Shown in pieces: positions 27,304 through 37,037 of a DNA stretch of 64,000 nucleotides (the stretch's first letter is position 1; the number at the start of each line of letters is the position of its first letter). Position numbers and translations under genes: made by a program. The notes under the pieces were generated by a model. It saw only the letters and a list, made by a program, of their open reading frames with translations, made no database searches and was not told the DNA's origin. Source of the DNA: Aminobacteriaceae bacterium (lineage in GTDB: Bacteria; Synergistota; Synergistia; Synergistales; Aminobacteriaceae); assembly GCA_963668335.2 (NCBI GenBank), contig CAXXRY010000032.1, positions 32,442 through 96,441 of the forward strand, written 5' to 3'.

Positions 27304-28697
27304 ATGGAAAAAGTAATGGAAATTAACGGTATTATTAATGGAATAGTTTGGGGCCCCTGGATGCTCGCACTGCTCGTCGGGACCGGCGTATATCTTACGG
27401 TCATTCTTGGAGTCCCGCAGCTTCGTTACTTCTTCCTGATGTTCAAGGAAGTGTTTGGAAACCTCGGTAAAAAGAAAGAGGGAGAAGGCAGTATTTCTTC
27501 GTTTGCAGCCCTCTCCACAGCCCTTGCCTCCACAATAGGAACAGGAAACATCGCGGGCGTGGCTACCGCTCTTCACCTCGGCGGACCTGGAGCACTCTTC
27601 TGGATGCTCATTTCGGCTGTGTTCGGCATGACGACAAAAATGGCCGAGGTTACGCTGGCCGTCCGTTCCGTGAGAAGGATGAAGCCGGCAACTGGCGCGG
27701 CGGCACCATGTACATCCTGGACAAGGCTGCCAATGCGAAATGGCTCGCCTGGCTATTTGCCTTCTTCGGATTCTTCGCATCTTTCGGTATCGGCTGCGCC
27801 ATTCAGGCAAATTCCGCTGCAGAGGGATTCAACCTCGGTTTCGGCCTGCCTAACCTGTATTCGGGTATCATTCTTGCCGTACTGACGGCCCTCGTAATTA
27901 TCGGCGGACTCAAGAGAATCGCAGATGTTACCACCTATCTTGTTCCTTTCATGGCTATTTTCTATATCGTCGGCGGTATCATGGTTGTTGCCACGCACTC
28001 TGACCAAATCGGTATTGCTTTCAGCAACGCGGTCAGCTTTGCCTTCAGCGATCCCATGGCCATGCCCGGTGCAATCGCCGGTTGGACGGTTCGCGCAGCT
28101 ATTCAGCGTGGTATTGCCAGAGGCGTCTTCTCCAATGAAGCCGGTCTCGGTTCTGCTCCTATGGTACATGCCACAGCGGTTGTTGACCATCCTGTTCGCC
28201 AGGGTATGTACGGTCTCTTCGAAGTGTTCACTGATACCATCGTGATCTGCACTCTTACGGCACTTGCCATCATGACCAGCGGCGTGCTTACATCCCAGCC
28301 CGAGCTTACCGGCGCGCAGCTTTCCCTCTCCGCCTTCGAGAGCGTGCTTGGCGGTACAGGAACGATGATACTCTCTGTCGGACTGGCTCTTTTTGCATTC
28401 TCCACAATTCTTGGCTGGTACTGGTACAGTGAGACATGCGGCGTCTATATCTTCGGCACTTGGATCTCTCCGTTGCTCAAAGTCCTCTGGGTTGCTGTTC
28501 TTGTGCTTGGAGCTGCCGGCGGCGTATTCCTTGGAGATAAATACGGTTTCCTTGCGAACCTTTGGGACCTCTCCGATACGCTCAACGGTCTCATGGCCGT
28601 TCCGAACCTTGTCGCGCTGCTCATCCTCTCCGGAGAGCTCAGGAGACTTGTGACCGACTTCGACAAGAAGCGCCATAGCGGAGAAATCAAGATTTAA
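27304..28697 (+). pseudogene. alanine/glycine:cation symporter (AGCS family); one frame break as sequenced
   Basis: GEGSISSFAALSTALASTIGTGNIAGVATAL is typical of AGCS. ORFs 27304-27885 and 27708-28697 join as ..LAVR(F)REKDEAGNWRGGTMYIL.. if one T is restored at 27666-27667. Confidence 0.85.
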
Positions 28698-28726
28698 GAG
28701 CTTTGCTCCTTGGCGAATATACCGGA

Positions 28727-28757
28727 AAGGGGCGGCGTGCCGCCCCTTCATTTATTT
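28727..28757 (+). terminator. rho-independent terminator after the AGCS gene
   Basis: AAGGGGCGG / CCGCCCCTT stem followed by CATTTATTT. Confidence 0.6.
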
Positions 28758-28775
28758 GAAAGGAGAAGGAACTCC

Positions 28776-29888
28776 ATGCACCGTGCGACACGAATGGAAG
28801 TCCATCTTGACAATCTAAAGGAGAACTTTCAGGCTATTCGCCGTCATATCGGAGAAGGGCCTGAAATCTTCGGCGTAATCAAGGCCGACGCATACGGTCA
28901 TGGCGCTGTTCAGGCCTGCCGGGCTCTCGAAGCTGCGGGATGCAGGCGTTTCGCTGTGGCTATTCCCGACGAGGCGTTCGAGTTGCGGGAGGCAGGAATC
29001 GACGCCCCTCTACTTGTTCTCGGTCCATCTCCGGAGCGTTCGGCGAAAGAGTATATACTCAGGAATATCACCCCCACAGTAACGGATCTCTCATTTGCAA
29101 GAGCGCTTGGAGCGGAGGCCGTCCGACAGGAACGTCCCGCAACGGTTCACGTCAAGGTGGACAGCGGTATGGGACGGATCGGTTTTCTGCCTCGAGATAT
29201 TCCGGCTGTTCTCGACGAACTTTTGGCGATCCCCGGTCTGAAAATTGAGGGGATGTTTACTCACTTTGCCGTCGCGGACGAATACCGACTCGACTATACT
29301 GCCTATCAGTTCTCCGGCCTCCGGGAAGCGTTAGATGCCGCTGCACAACGAGGAATCCGCCTCTCTCTGCGGCATGCCTGCAATAGTGCAGGTATTCTCG
29401 CCTGCCCCGACAAGTACCTCGATGCAGTTCGTCCGGGGGTCATTCTTTACGGCATGTGGCCCTCCGGCGAGTGCCCGCGCCCTATTGAACTGAAGCCCAC
29501 ATTTGAAGTGAAGACCGAGGTGGCTTTCGTGAAGGAGCTGCCGCCTCGCAGCGGTGTCGGTTACGGTCTGCACTACATGACCCGGGGAGTTGAGGAAATT
29601 GCGGTGCTTCCCGTTGGCTATGCGGACGGCTATTCTCGGTCTCTCTCTATGAAGGTTCCCGTTCTCGTCAAGGGGAAACGCGTCCCGCTCTGCGGTAACA
29701 TCTGTATGGATCAGGCGATGGTCAATGTTACCGGTATGGGCGTCAAAACAGGAGACGAAGTTGTCCTTCTCGGGCGCCAGGGGGAGGAAGTGATCACTCC
29801 GGAAGAGATGGCTTCCGCCAGAAATACTATCAACTATGAAGTGCCCATTATGTTTCTGAAAAGGGTTCCCAGGGTCTACGTCTCCTAA
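28776..29888 (+). CDS. alr: alanine racemase
   Basis: ATG 8 nt after AGGAGAAGGA. PLP-lysine motif VIKADAYGHG and the C-terminal YGL...PVGYADGY...ICMDQ motifs. Confidence 0.92.
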   Translation: MHRATRMEVHLDNLKENFQAIRRHIGEGPEIFGVIKADAYGHGAVQACRALEAAGCRRFAVAIPDEAFELREAGIDAPLLVLGPSPERSAKEYILRNITPTVTDLSFARALGAEAVRQERPATVHVKVDSGMGRIGFLPRDIPAVLDELLAIPGLKIEGMFTHFAVADEYRLDYTAYQFSGLREALDAAAQRGIRLSLRHACNSAGILACPDKYLDAVRPGVILYGMWPSGECPRPIELKPTFEVKTEVAFVKELPPRSGVGYGLHYMTRGVEEIAVLPVGYADGYSRSLSMKVPVLVKGKRVPLCGNICMDQAMVNVTGMGVKTGDEVVLLGRQGEEVITPEEMASARNTINYEVPIMFLKRVPRVYVS

Positions 29889-30039
29889 AGAAGAAGGGGG
29901 GCGATTCCAGGCGGGACCGTCCCCTCCACCTCGTCGCACTCCAAAACACGGTTTTCTCGCCTCTTTTTTCCTCTTTTTTTACCTCTTTTTTCTCATCTTG
30001 AGTATAATTGTCCTGTCACAACTCAAGGAGGCGATCTCT

Positions 30040-31980
30040 ATGAAAACGACTCTTCCATCTCTGAGAAACTTCCCCGTGGAGGAACTCACCGATTCAATGG
30101 TTCATTCTCTTGAAGAGGCTGCGGCGAAGTGCCGCATCAATGCCGTCACAATGGTAACGCTGCCGAACAGCGGGCACCCAGCTGGTTCGCTCTCCAGCAT
30201 GGAGATGTACCTCACCGTGTACGGCGTTGCCGACAACACGCCGGAAAACTGCTCCTCTTTCGACCGCGATTACGTCGCCATAAGCCACGGCCACACCTCG
30301 CCCGGAGCCTATACGGCGCTTGCAGCGTGGGGTTTTTTCGACCCCATGGAGGCAGTGGCGCACTTCCGTCAGTGCGGCTCTCCTTTCCAGGGGCATGTTG
30401 AGCGCGATGTTCCCGGAATCGACTGGGGGAGCGGAAACCTCGGACAAGGTCTTTCCGCCGGAGTTGGATTCGCACTCGCACAACGCGCCCGCGGAAACGG
30501 AAAGCGAACCTACGTCCTGATGGGCGACGGAGGACAGACAAAAGGACAGAGCGCCGAGGCGCGGCGGATTGCCTCGAAGGAAAAGCTGTCGAATATCACG
30601 GCGCTGGTGGACTGGAATCGCATTCAAATTTCGGGCTCGTTGGAATCAGTGATGCCCGCCGATATTCCCGCTCTCTGGAAAGCGGACGGGTGGAACGTGC
30701 TGGAGTGCGACGGGCACTCTTTCCGTGAACTCTACGCTGCGCTGAAGCAGGCCTCGGAGAGTGCAGTGCCCACAGTCATCCTCTGCCGGACAGTCATGGG
30801 CAAGGGCGTGCCGTTCATGGAAAACAGCTCCGAGTTCCACGGGAAAGCGCCGCTCAACGATCTCTATGTCCAGGCGATGCACGATCTCGGGGGTGAACCG
30901 TCGTTGCTCGAGGACGCGAGGAACAGAAGAACGTCAGTCCAGCTTCCAACGGGGAGACATATTTCGACGTCCTCCCCCGGACTGGATACGGGCGTACCGC
31001 GCATCTACACCCCCGACGCGAAGAAGACCGACAACCGTTCCGCCTTCGGTTCCGCCCTTGCCGACATCGGAAAGATGAACTATAAGAAGGAAGGACGCAC
31101 GCCGCTTCTTGTCTTCGATTGCGACCTTGCTGGTTCGGTCAAAAGCGGTGAATTCGCCGCCCTCTGCCCGGAGTGGTTTATCCAGACAGGCATCCAGGAA
31201 CACGCCACGGCGACGGTCGCAGGGGCGGCTTCCACTGCAGGAGTCGCGGCCCTCTGGGCCGATTTCGGCGTATTCGGCCTTTCCGAAACCTACAACCAGC
31301 AGCGCCTCAACGATATCAACAAGGCGAATCTGAAGACAGTCCTCACCCACGTCGGGCTCGATGTCGGCGAAGACGGCATGACACATCAGGCGATCGATTA
31401 CGTGGGACTGCTTCGGAATACCTTCGGCTGGAAGCTCGCGGTTCCATGCGATCCAAACCAGACCGACCGCGCGACACGCTGGGCGATCAGGGAACCGGGG
31501 TGCGTCTGCCTCGCTATGGGGCGAAGCAAACTCGATGTCCTGACGAACGGTAGGGGAGCGCTCCTTTTCGGCGAGGGGTATGATTTTTGTTACGGGAAGG
31601 CGGATCTCGTATGCGAAGGGAACGACGGCGCTATCTTCGCCCTCGGCGCCATGACCGGAAGAGCCTTGAAAGCCGCGCACATGCTGAAGGAAAAAGAGAT
31701 TTCCGTATCCGTTTATGCGGTTTCCTCGCCCCTGCTTCCGGACGATGAGGCGCTTCGCACCGCGGCTGCTACGGGAAGGGTTTTGACATGTGAAGATCAC
31801 TGTGTTGCAAGCGGTATGGGTTCCATCCTCGCGGCAAGAATGACGGAACTTCGTCTGAATGCAGCGTTTAAAGCGCTCGGTGTGCATCGCTACGGAGATT
31901 CCGGCGCTTCGGAGGACGTCTTTGCCGCTATGGGACTCGACGCGGCGTCGCTTGCCGCGGCCTTTGAGACGCTTCTCTAG
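30040..31980 (+). CDS. tkt: transketolase (N- and C-terminal sections in one polypeptide)
   Basis: SGHPAGSLS, a ThDP motif (GDGGQTKGQSAE...NRIQISG) and a pyrimidine-binding/C-terminal domain (GIQEHATATVAAG-like). ATG follows AAGGAGG. Confidence 0.88.
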   Translation: MKTTLPSLRNFPVEELTDSMVHSLEEAAAKCRINAVTMVTLPNSGHPAGSLSSMEMYLTVYGVADNTPENCSSFDRDYVAISHGHTSPGAYTALAAWGFFDPMEAVAHFRQCGSPFQGHVERDVPGIDWGSGNLGQGLSAGVGFALAQRARGNGKRTYVLMGDGGQTKGQSAEARRIASKEKLSNITALVDWNRIQISGSLESVMPADIPALWKADGWNVLECDGHSFRELYAALKQASESAVPTVILCRTVMGKGVPFMENSSEFHGKAPLNDLYVQAMHDLGGEPSLLEDARNRRTSVQLPTGRHISTSSPGLDTGVPRIYTPDAKKTDNRSAFGSALADIGKMNYKKEGRTPLLVFDCDLAGSVKSGEFAALCPEWFIQTGIQEHATATVAGAASTAGVAALWADFGVFGLSETYNQQRLNDINKANLKTVLTHVGLDVGEDGMTHQAIDYVGLLRNTFGWKLAVPCDPNQTDRATRWAIREPGCVCLAMGRSKLDVLTNGRGALLFGEGYDFCYGKADLVCEGNDGAIFALGAMTGRALKAAHMLKEKEISVSVYAVSSPLLPDDEALRTAAATGRVLTCEDHCVASGMGSILAARMTELRLNAAFKALGVHRYGDSGASEDVFAAMGLDAASLAAAFETLL

Positions 31981-31992
31981 GAGGCCGACGCC

Positions 31993-32589
31993 GTGAGTGC
32001 GCAGAGGGTCTTGCTCCACGTGTGCTGCGCTCCGGATGCCACCGTACCGTGGGCGGATCTCCCCGGCGAAGGGCTCGAAGTCGTTCCGTACTGGTACGGA
32101 AATAATATCCACCCGGCCGCAGAGGAGAAACGGCGGCGTGATGCGCTGTCCGCGCTCTCTCTCCGTATGGGCGGAAATGTTCTTTGGGAGGACTACATTC
32201 CAGAAACGTGGCTGGAAGCGGCATCGGACCTGGCGGACGAACCGGAAGGGGGCGCGCGATGCGCCCTTTGTTTCCGTCTTCAGCTGGAAGCGGCTGCCAG
32301 GAGAGCTTCAGCAATGAAGATCCCTCTGCTGTGCACAACCCTGACGATCAGTCCGCACAAGAACGCGGAACTGATAAACTCAATAGGAGCGGAGTGCGCG
32401 TCGCAGTACGGAGTGGAGTGGCTCGCGCGCGTTTTCAGAAAGAAAAACGGTTTTGTCCGCTCCGTAGTGTTATCAAAGGAATATGGCCTGTACAGGCAGT
32501 CGTACTGCGGATGCCTGTACAGCATGACGAGAGGTGGAAACAATTATGGAACAGCAGCTCGTAGGGAAGCTTCCCCCCTCGCTCCTTGA
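31993..32589 (+). CDS. queH: epoxyqueuosine reductase QueH (DUF208)
   Basis: LLHVCCAPDA...YWYGNNIHP...CALCFRLQL...TTLTISPHKN...RQSYCGCLYS. Confidence 0.85.
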   Translation: MSAQRVLLHVCCAPDATVPWADLPGEGLEVVPYWYGNNIHPAAEEKRRRDALSALSLRMGGNVLWEDYIPETWLEAASDLADEPEGGARCALCFRLQLEAAARRASAMKIPLLCTTLTISPHKNAELINSIGAECASQYGVEWLARVFRKKNGFVRSVVLSKEYGLYRQSYCGCLYSMTRGGNNYGTAARREASPLAP

Positions 32590-33529
32590 AGGGAGCGTTT
32601 TTCGTTTTTGCGGCGCACCCCGCCCTGAAGTCATCATCGGCCCCGGAATCGGAGAGGACGCGGCGCTTCTTCAGTTGCCGGAAGGGAAATATCTCGCCGT
32701 AGCCTCCGATCCTATTGTAGGTGCCCGCGAAGGGGCGGGGAAATTTCTTGTGCACATCAACGCGAACGATATCGCCTGCAAGGGCGGGGACCCCTCTTTT
32801 TTCGTGGCGACGCTTCTTGTTCCCTCCGCGGACGGTGTTCCCTTGGTACAAGCGCTCATGCGGGAGATTCACGAAGCCTGTCTCTCCATCGGCGCGGCCG
32901 TAATCGGAGGACACACCGAGCTGACTTCACGGTATGATCAGCCGGTCCTCGTCGGCACGATGATGGGCCCGACGGCTTTTGTCCACAGGGCGACCGATAT
33001 ACGTCCCGGTGATGTCCTCATTCTCACAAAACACGCGGGGTTGGAAGGGTTGGCTATTCTGGCCAACGATCGTCCGGATCTTCTGCTCCCTGCCATAGGT
33101 CCCGAAGGGGTGGAGGAGGCGCGGGGGTGGCTCGATCAGATCTCTGTCCTCGAAGAGGCGAGGCTTCTCCGGGGTATGGCGCGTTTCCTCCACGACCCGA
33201 CCGAAGGAGGAGTCGGCGGAGGAATAGCGGAGATCATTCGCTTGAGCGGTCTCGGAGTTGAACTTGATTACGGGAGCGTTCCGTTCTCTCCCCTGACGAA
33301 GAGGGCTGTACAGAAGCTTGATTTCGATCCGCTCCATCTCATCTCTTCCGGGGTGCTTCTTGCGGTTGTCCCGCAGGGGATGGAATCCGACGCGCTGGCT
33401 GCTCTTCGTGAAAAAGGTATTCCCGGCGTCGCGGCCGGACATTTTGTCGAAGGAGCAGGCAACTGTCCGGACGATGTCCGAGAAGAGCTGTGGGGGTTGC
33501 TGGAGAGGCCGAAGGAGTTCGAAGAATGA
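32546..33529 (+). CDS. AIR-synthase-related (PurM/HypE/ThiL-like) protein of unknown specific function
   Basis: GIGEDAALL...VASDPIV...HINANDIACKGGDP...GGHTE...HDPTEGG. It lacks the HypE C-terminal PRxC and the SelD N-terminal Cys/Sec-Gly-Cys-Lys motif. Confidence 0.7.
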   Translation: MEQQLVGKLPPSLLEGSVFRFCGAPRPEVIIGPGIGEDAALLQLPEGKYLAVASDPIVGAREGAGKFLVHINANDIACKGGDPSFFVATLLVPSADGVPLVQALMREIHEACLSIGAAVIGGHTELTSRYDQPVLVGTMMGPTAFVHRATDIRPGDVLILTKHAGLEGLAILANDRPDLLLPAIGPEGVEEARGWLDQISVLEEARLLRGMARFLHDPTEGGVGGGIAEIIRLSGLGVELDYGSVPFSPLTKRAVQKLDFDPLHLISSGVLLAVVPQGMESDALAALREKGIPGVAAGHFVEGAGNCPDDVREELWGLLERPKEFEE

Positions 33530-34632
33530 GTTTCGAACACATTTCACGCCGTCTGAAGAGGCTGCGAAATCTCTTGGCCGAGGAGGGCGTGGATGTTTTC
33601 GTTCTTCTGGTTACCGAGGGCTATAACAGCGAGTCGGCAGCATACATCTCCGGTTTTAGGGGGAGCAGCTGCGCGGTGGTGGTATCAGCGGAAAAAGCGC
33701 TTTTAGTGACTGACGGCCGTTATGCTCTTCAGGCGAAGACGCAGTCTCCTTTTTCATTCATTTTGCAGGAGCAGAAAACGCTTCAGGAGAAGACTGCGGA
33801 ACTGCTGCACGGTGAAGGATGGAACGTCGGAGGCTTTGAAGGAGAACGAATTTCCGTCGCTCTTTTCCGTGCACTTGAAAAAAACCTTCCGCACTGGAAG
33901 GACTGTTCCGTCGTTCTTCCAGCGCTCCGCAGACGAAAAGACGAAGTGGAGATTGCCGCAATCGCAAAAGCGGCGGAGATAGCCTACGCTTCTTACGAAG
34001 AAGGCCTTGGATTTATACGCGAGGGAATGTCGGAAACTGAGCTGAATGCGCTTCTTGAATACGCCCTCAGAAAACGGGGCGCGGAAGCGGGGTGGAAGGG
34101 GAGCAGCTTCATCGTCGCTTCCGGAGAGCGAAGCGCATTGCCTCACGGAAAGGCGACTGACCGGACTTTCAGAAAAGGCGACATAGTTACCGTCGATTTC
34201 GGCGCTACGGTGGACGGATACATGTCCGACCTTACGCGGAACTTCTCAATGGGGCCGCTTTCGAGTGGAGCCCGCGAGATCGAGTCGGTGCTTCTGGAGG
34301 CTGCGGATACGGCTGCGGCTGCCCTGAAGGCAGGGGTGGAAGGAAAGTTCGTCGACTCGGTAGCGCGCGGTATTATCGCTTCGAAAGGGTGGGGGAAGCA
34401 CTTCTCTCACGGACTGGGACACGGTCTCGGCTTGGAGATCCATGAAGCGCCTCGTCTTTCCCCTGTATCGAAGGATATTCTCCGTGAAGGGGATATCGTG
34501 ACAATCGAGCCCGGTATCTATATTGAAGGGTGGGGGGGTATGCGCATCGAGGACGACTATCTGGTGACGTCGACAGGCTCGGTCTGTATCTCCGGCGGAA
34601 AAGGCAGAAAGACTGCGATTGTATCCGTATGA
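33526..34632 (+). CDS. pepP: Xaa-Pro aminopeptidase / M24B family peptidase
   Basis: ATGA overlap with the previous gene. Metal ligands in DFGATVDGYMSDLTR, HGLGHGLGLEIHE and EPGIYIEGWGGMRIED. Confidence 0.88.
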   Translation: MSFEHISRRLKRLRNLLAEEGVDVFVLLVTEGYNSESAAYISGFRGSSCAVVVSAEKALLVTDGRYALQAKTQSPFSFILQEQKTLQEKTAELLHGEGWNVGGFEGERISVALFRALEKNLPHWKDCSVVLPALRRRKDEVEIAAIAKAAEIAYASYEEGLGFIREGMSETELNALLEYALRKRGAEAGWKGSSFIVASGERSALPHGKATDRTFRKGDIVTVDFGATVDGYMSDLTRNFSMGPLSSGAREIESVLLEAADTAAAALKAGVEGKFVDSVARGIIASKGWGKHFSHGLGHGLGLEIHEAPRLSPVSKDILREGDIVTIEPGIYIEGWGGMRIEDDYLVTSTGSVCISGGKGRKTAIVSV

Positions 34633-34666
34633 TTCCGGAGGATCATCTGGGAAGAAACAGGATTTT

Positions 34667-34688
34667 GGCAACCGCCGGTTGCCTTTTT
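34667..34688 (+). terminator. rho-independent terminator after pepP
   Basis: GGCAACC-gcc-GGTTGCC followed by TTTTT. Confidence 0.6.
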
Positions 34689-34706
34689 CTCTGTGCCCGA
34701 TATAAT
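34679..34706 (+). promoter_or_regulatory. candidate sigma-70 promoter of the rubredoxin gene
   Basis: TTGCCT - 16 nt - TATAAT (34701-34706), 42 nt upstream of the ATG. Confidence 0.45.
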
Positions 34707-34747
34707 GAAGTTGGATCTGATTCCGAATTGATGAAGGGGGCAATATC

Positions 34748-34909
34748 ATGAAGAAGTACGTGTGCACCGTATGCGGTTACGTTTACGATCCCGCCGAGGG
34801 CGATCCCGATTCCGGAATCGCTCCGGGGACGGCCTTTGAAGATATCCCCGATGATTGGGTCTGCCCTGTCTGCGCCGTAGGGAAGGATATGTTCGAGCCT
34901 GAAGAGTAG
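34748..34909 (+). CDS. rub: rubredoxin (53 aa; below the ORF-track length cutoff)
   Basis: Hand translation gives [53 protein letters not shown]. It has both CxxCG and CPxC knuckles and the canonical spacing. RBS GAAGGGGG lies upstream. Confidence 0.92.
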   Translation: MKKYVCTVCGYVYDPAEGDPDSGIAPGTAFEDIPDDWVCPVCAVGKDMFEPEE

Positions 34910-34934
34910 TCATTCGGATGCGATCTCGAATCGA

Positions 34935-34968
34935 AAAGAAGGGCCCCTGCGGGAGCCCTTCTTTTTCT
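34935..34968. terminator. bidirectional terminator between rubredoxin and the convergent hypothetical gene
   Basis: AAAGAAGGGC(CCC)...(GGG)aGCCCTTCTTT hairpin flanked by T-rich sequence on both strands. Confidence 0.7.
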
Positions 34969-34982
34969 TGAAAAGCTACTGA

Positions 34983-35447
34983 TTACATGATGCGCATGAT
35001 ACACAGCGCCGCTTCTTCCATCTCCTCCCTGCCTAGGGAGGAGGACTCCAGCGTGAGCGTGCTGTTCGCTTCCAGCGCAACAGCGAGAGAACGACCGACC
35101 GAGGGAATTGTTTCAAACACAGCCGTTTTTCCGTCAAGGGTGAACACTTCGTACGTCGAACCGAAGCCCAGAGGGCGGTCGTCCGTTTTTGTCCCCTTTG
35201 GTCCGGTAACAAGAGAGCCTGCTCCCGGCCCCGACAACAGGGTTGCTTCTAGGATCCCCCCCCTCTCCGACCGGTAGGTTCGGTAGAGCCACATACCGAA
35301 ATTCCCGGACGGCGCCGAAAGTGGCGTACTGTTCATCGCTTCCGCCGCAAACCCCGGGATATCCGGAAGTGAAACAGAGGCGAATGCCGTTCCTCCGAAG
35401 ATGATCACAAACATCAGCAACGCATAAAAGCAACGTTTTTTTTGCAT
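34983..35447 (-). CDS. hypothetical secreted protein
   Basis: N-terminal signal-peptide-like segment (MQKKRCFYALLMFVIIFGGTAFA). I recognise no family. Confidence 0.5.
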   Translation of the reverse strand: MQKKRCFYALLMFVIIFGGTAFASVSLPDIPGFAAEAMNSTPLSAPSGNFGMWLYRTYRSERGGILEATLLSGPGAGSLVTGPKGTKTDDRPLGFGSTYEVFTLDGKTAVFETIPSVGRSLAVALEANSTLTLESSSLGREEMEEAALCIMRIM

Positions 35448-35665
35448 TTCGCGACCTCCTTGAGTCCCTCTTTCAGAAATTCAGGTACTATTGTACTCTA
35501 TCGAAACGTTTTTTCCTTGCGCGTTTCTTCCTTTCTTTTCTACAGGAGGAAAGAGGGATGAGCCTGGGAATTGGGCTTTTGACGTATCAAAATTCTTTCC
35601 CAAGGGTATATAATACTATTTCTGCTGTTTTTACCTCTATTTTCGCATCGGGAGGAGTTTTTTCT

Positions 35666-37018
35666 TTGCACCGGTTTGCACTAAAGATATATGGATGCCA
35701 GATGAACGTTTACGACGGCGACAAGATACGAACCGCTCTTGTTGATCGAGGTTGGAGAGAAAGCCCCGAGGACGAAGCGGATCTCGTGATCCTTAACGGG
35801 TGCAGCATTCGGGACAAGGCGGAACAGAAAGTGTGGAGCGATCTTGGTCGTTTTGCCGTTCGTTGGAAGAATGAACGTAAGCCGATCGTCGCAGTGACGG
35901 GCTGCGTTGCTCAGAGCGTCGGACGGAGGATGGCGGCCCGTTTCCCGTGGGTTCGTTTCGTGTCCGGCCCCCGGCACATCGGCGCAGTTCCTGATGCCTT
36001 GGAACAGTTGTTCTCGGAAAGGGACGGAGAAAAGGCCGGCGGCAAAGAGGAAACGATCTTTCTTCTGGACGACGATCCAAGAGCGTTCCTTGATCTCCCG
36101 GGGGCGCCCACGGAACGCGTGAACCGCTGGAGGGCATTCGTCACAATCGCGCACGGCTGCGACAATTTTTGTTCATACTGTATTGTCCCGTATGTCCGGG
36201 GCCGATTTGTTTCACGTCCTGCTGCGGATATTCTGGAGGAGATGCGGACGCTTGTAGCCGACGGCGTCCTTGAGATCACCCTCCTTGGACAGAACGTCAA
36301 TAGCTACGGGAGCGATTTCTCAAACGGCTACAGATTCTCATCGCTGCTTCGAGATGCGGCCTCTACCGGCGTTCGTCTCCTGCGCTTCGTTACGTCGCAT
36401 CCGCGGGATTTCACCCCGGATATCGTCGAAGCCATGGCAGAACATGCTGATGTGCTTTGTCCTTCGATAAACCTCCCCATTCAGTCAGGAAGCGACCGGA
36501 TATTGAAAATGATGAACCGGGGGTACACCCTCGAGCAGTACCGCGCGGCAGTATCGTTGATACGAAAACTTCTTCCAGACGCAGGGTTGACGACCGATCT
36601 TATCGCCGGCCATCCGGGAGAAACGGATGAGGACTTTGAATGCTCGGTACACGCCTTGAAGGAGTTCCGTTTCGACCTGGTCCACTCGGCTGCCTACTCT
36701 CCTAGGGAGGGCACCTCGGCGGCAGCCAGAGAGGATCAGATATCCCGTGAAGTCAAGATGGCGCGTCTCAATGAAATCAACAGGATCCAGTCGGTCATAG
36801 CGCGAGAGATCAACGAATCGCTCGTGGGCAGAAGCTTCCATGTGCTGCTTGACGATGTCGCGCCGAAGGGGAAAGGTCTCCTCCAGGGAAGGACGCCATC
36901 GGACAAGGTCGTCCTTGTGGAGGGCGGGGAGGAACTCCTCGGGCATTTTGTCTCCGTGGAGATAACGGGCGGAGAAAATTGGTGTTTGAACGGGCGCGTA
37001 CTGTACGTCGAAAACTGA
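35666..37018 (+). CDS. miaB: tRNA methylthiotransferase, MiaB-like radical SAM enzyme
   Basis: TTG start 10 nt after GGAGG. UPF0004 domain (KIYGCQMNVYDGDKI), a radical-SAM CDNFCSYCIVP motif and a C-terminal TRAM domain. Confidence 0.82.
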   Translation: MHRFALKIYGCQMNVYDGDKIRTALVDRGWRESPEDEADLVILNGCSIRDKAEQKVWSDLGRFAVRWKNERKPIVAVTGCVAQSVGRRMAARFPWVRFVSGPRHIGAVPDALEQLFSERDGEKAGGKEETIFLLDDDPRAFLDLPGAPTERVNRWRAFVTIAHGCDNFCSYCIVPYVRGRFVSRPAADILEEMRTLVADGVLEITLLGQNVNSYGSDFSNGYRFSSLLRDAASTGVRLLRFVTSHPRDFTPDIVEAMAEHADVLCPSINLPIQSGSDRILKMMNRGYTLEQYRAAVSLIRKLLPDAGLTTDLIAGHPGETDEDFECSVHALKEFRFDLVHSAAYSPREGTSAAAREDQISREVKMARLNEINRIQSVIAREINESLVGRSFHVLLDDVAPKGKGLLQGRTPSDKVVLVEGGEELLGHFVSVEITGGENWCLNGRVLYVEN

Positions 37019-37037
37019 AGGAGGATACAGTGAAACC

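Noticed and set aside
29960-29991. Three tandem CCTC(T)6-7 units (CCTCTTTTTT x3) between alr and tkt.
   Set aside because: It is a short pyrimidine tract with no flanking repeats, spacers or associated genes. It most likely belongs to a terminator T-tract or promoter UP-like region. It is not a CRISPR array or a mobile-element end.
32546-33529. The AIR-synthase-related protein as a selenophosphate synthetase (SelD) serving the grd selenoproteins.
   Set aside because: It lacks the N-terminal Cys/Sec-containing glycine-rich loop (GxGC/UK-type) of SelD, and its overall motif pattern is closer to generic PurM/HypE/ThiL-like proteins. This cannot be settled without a profile search.
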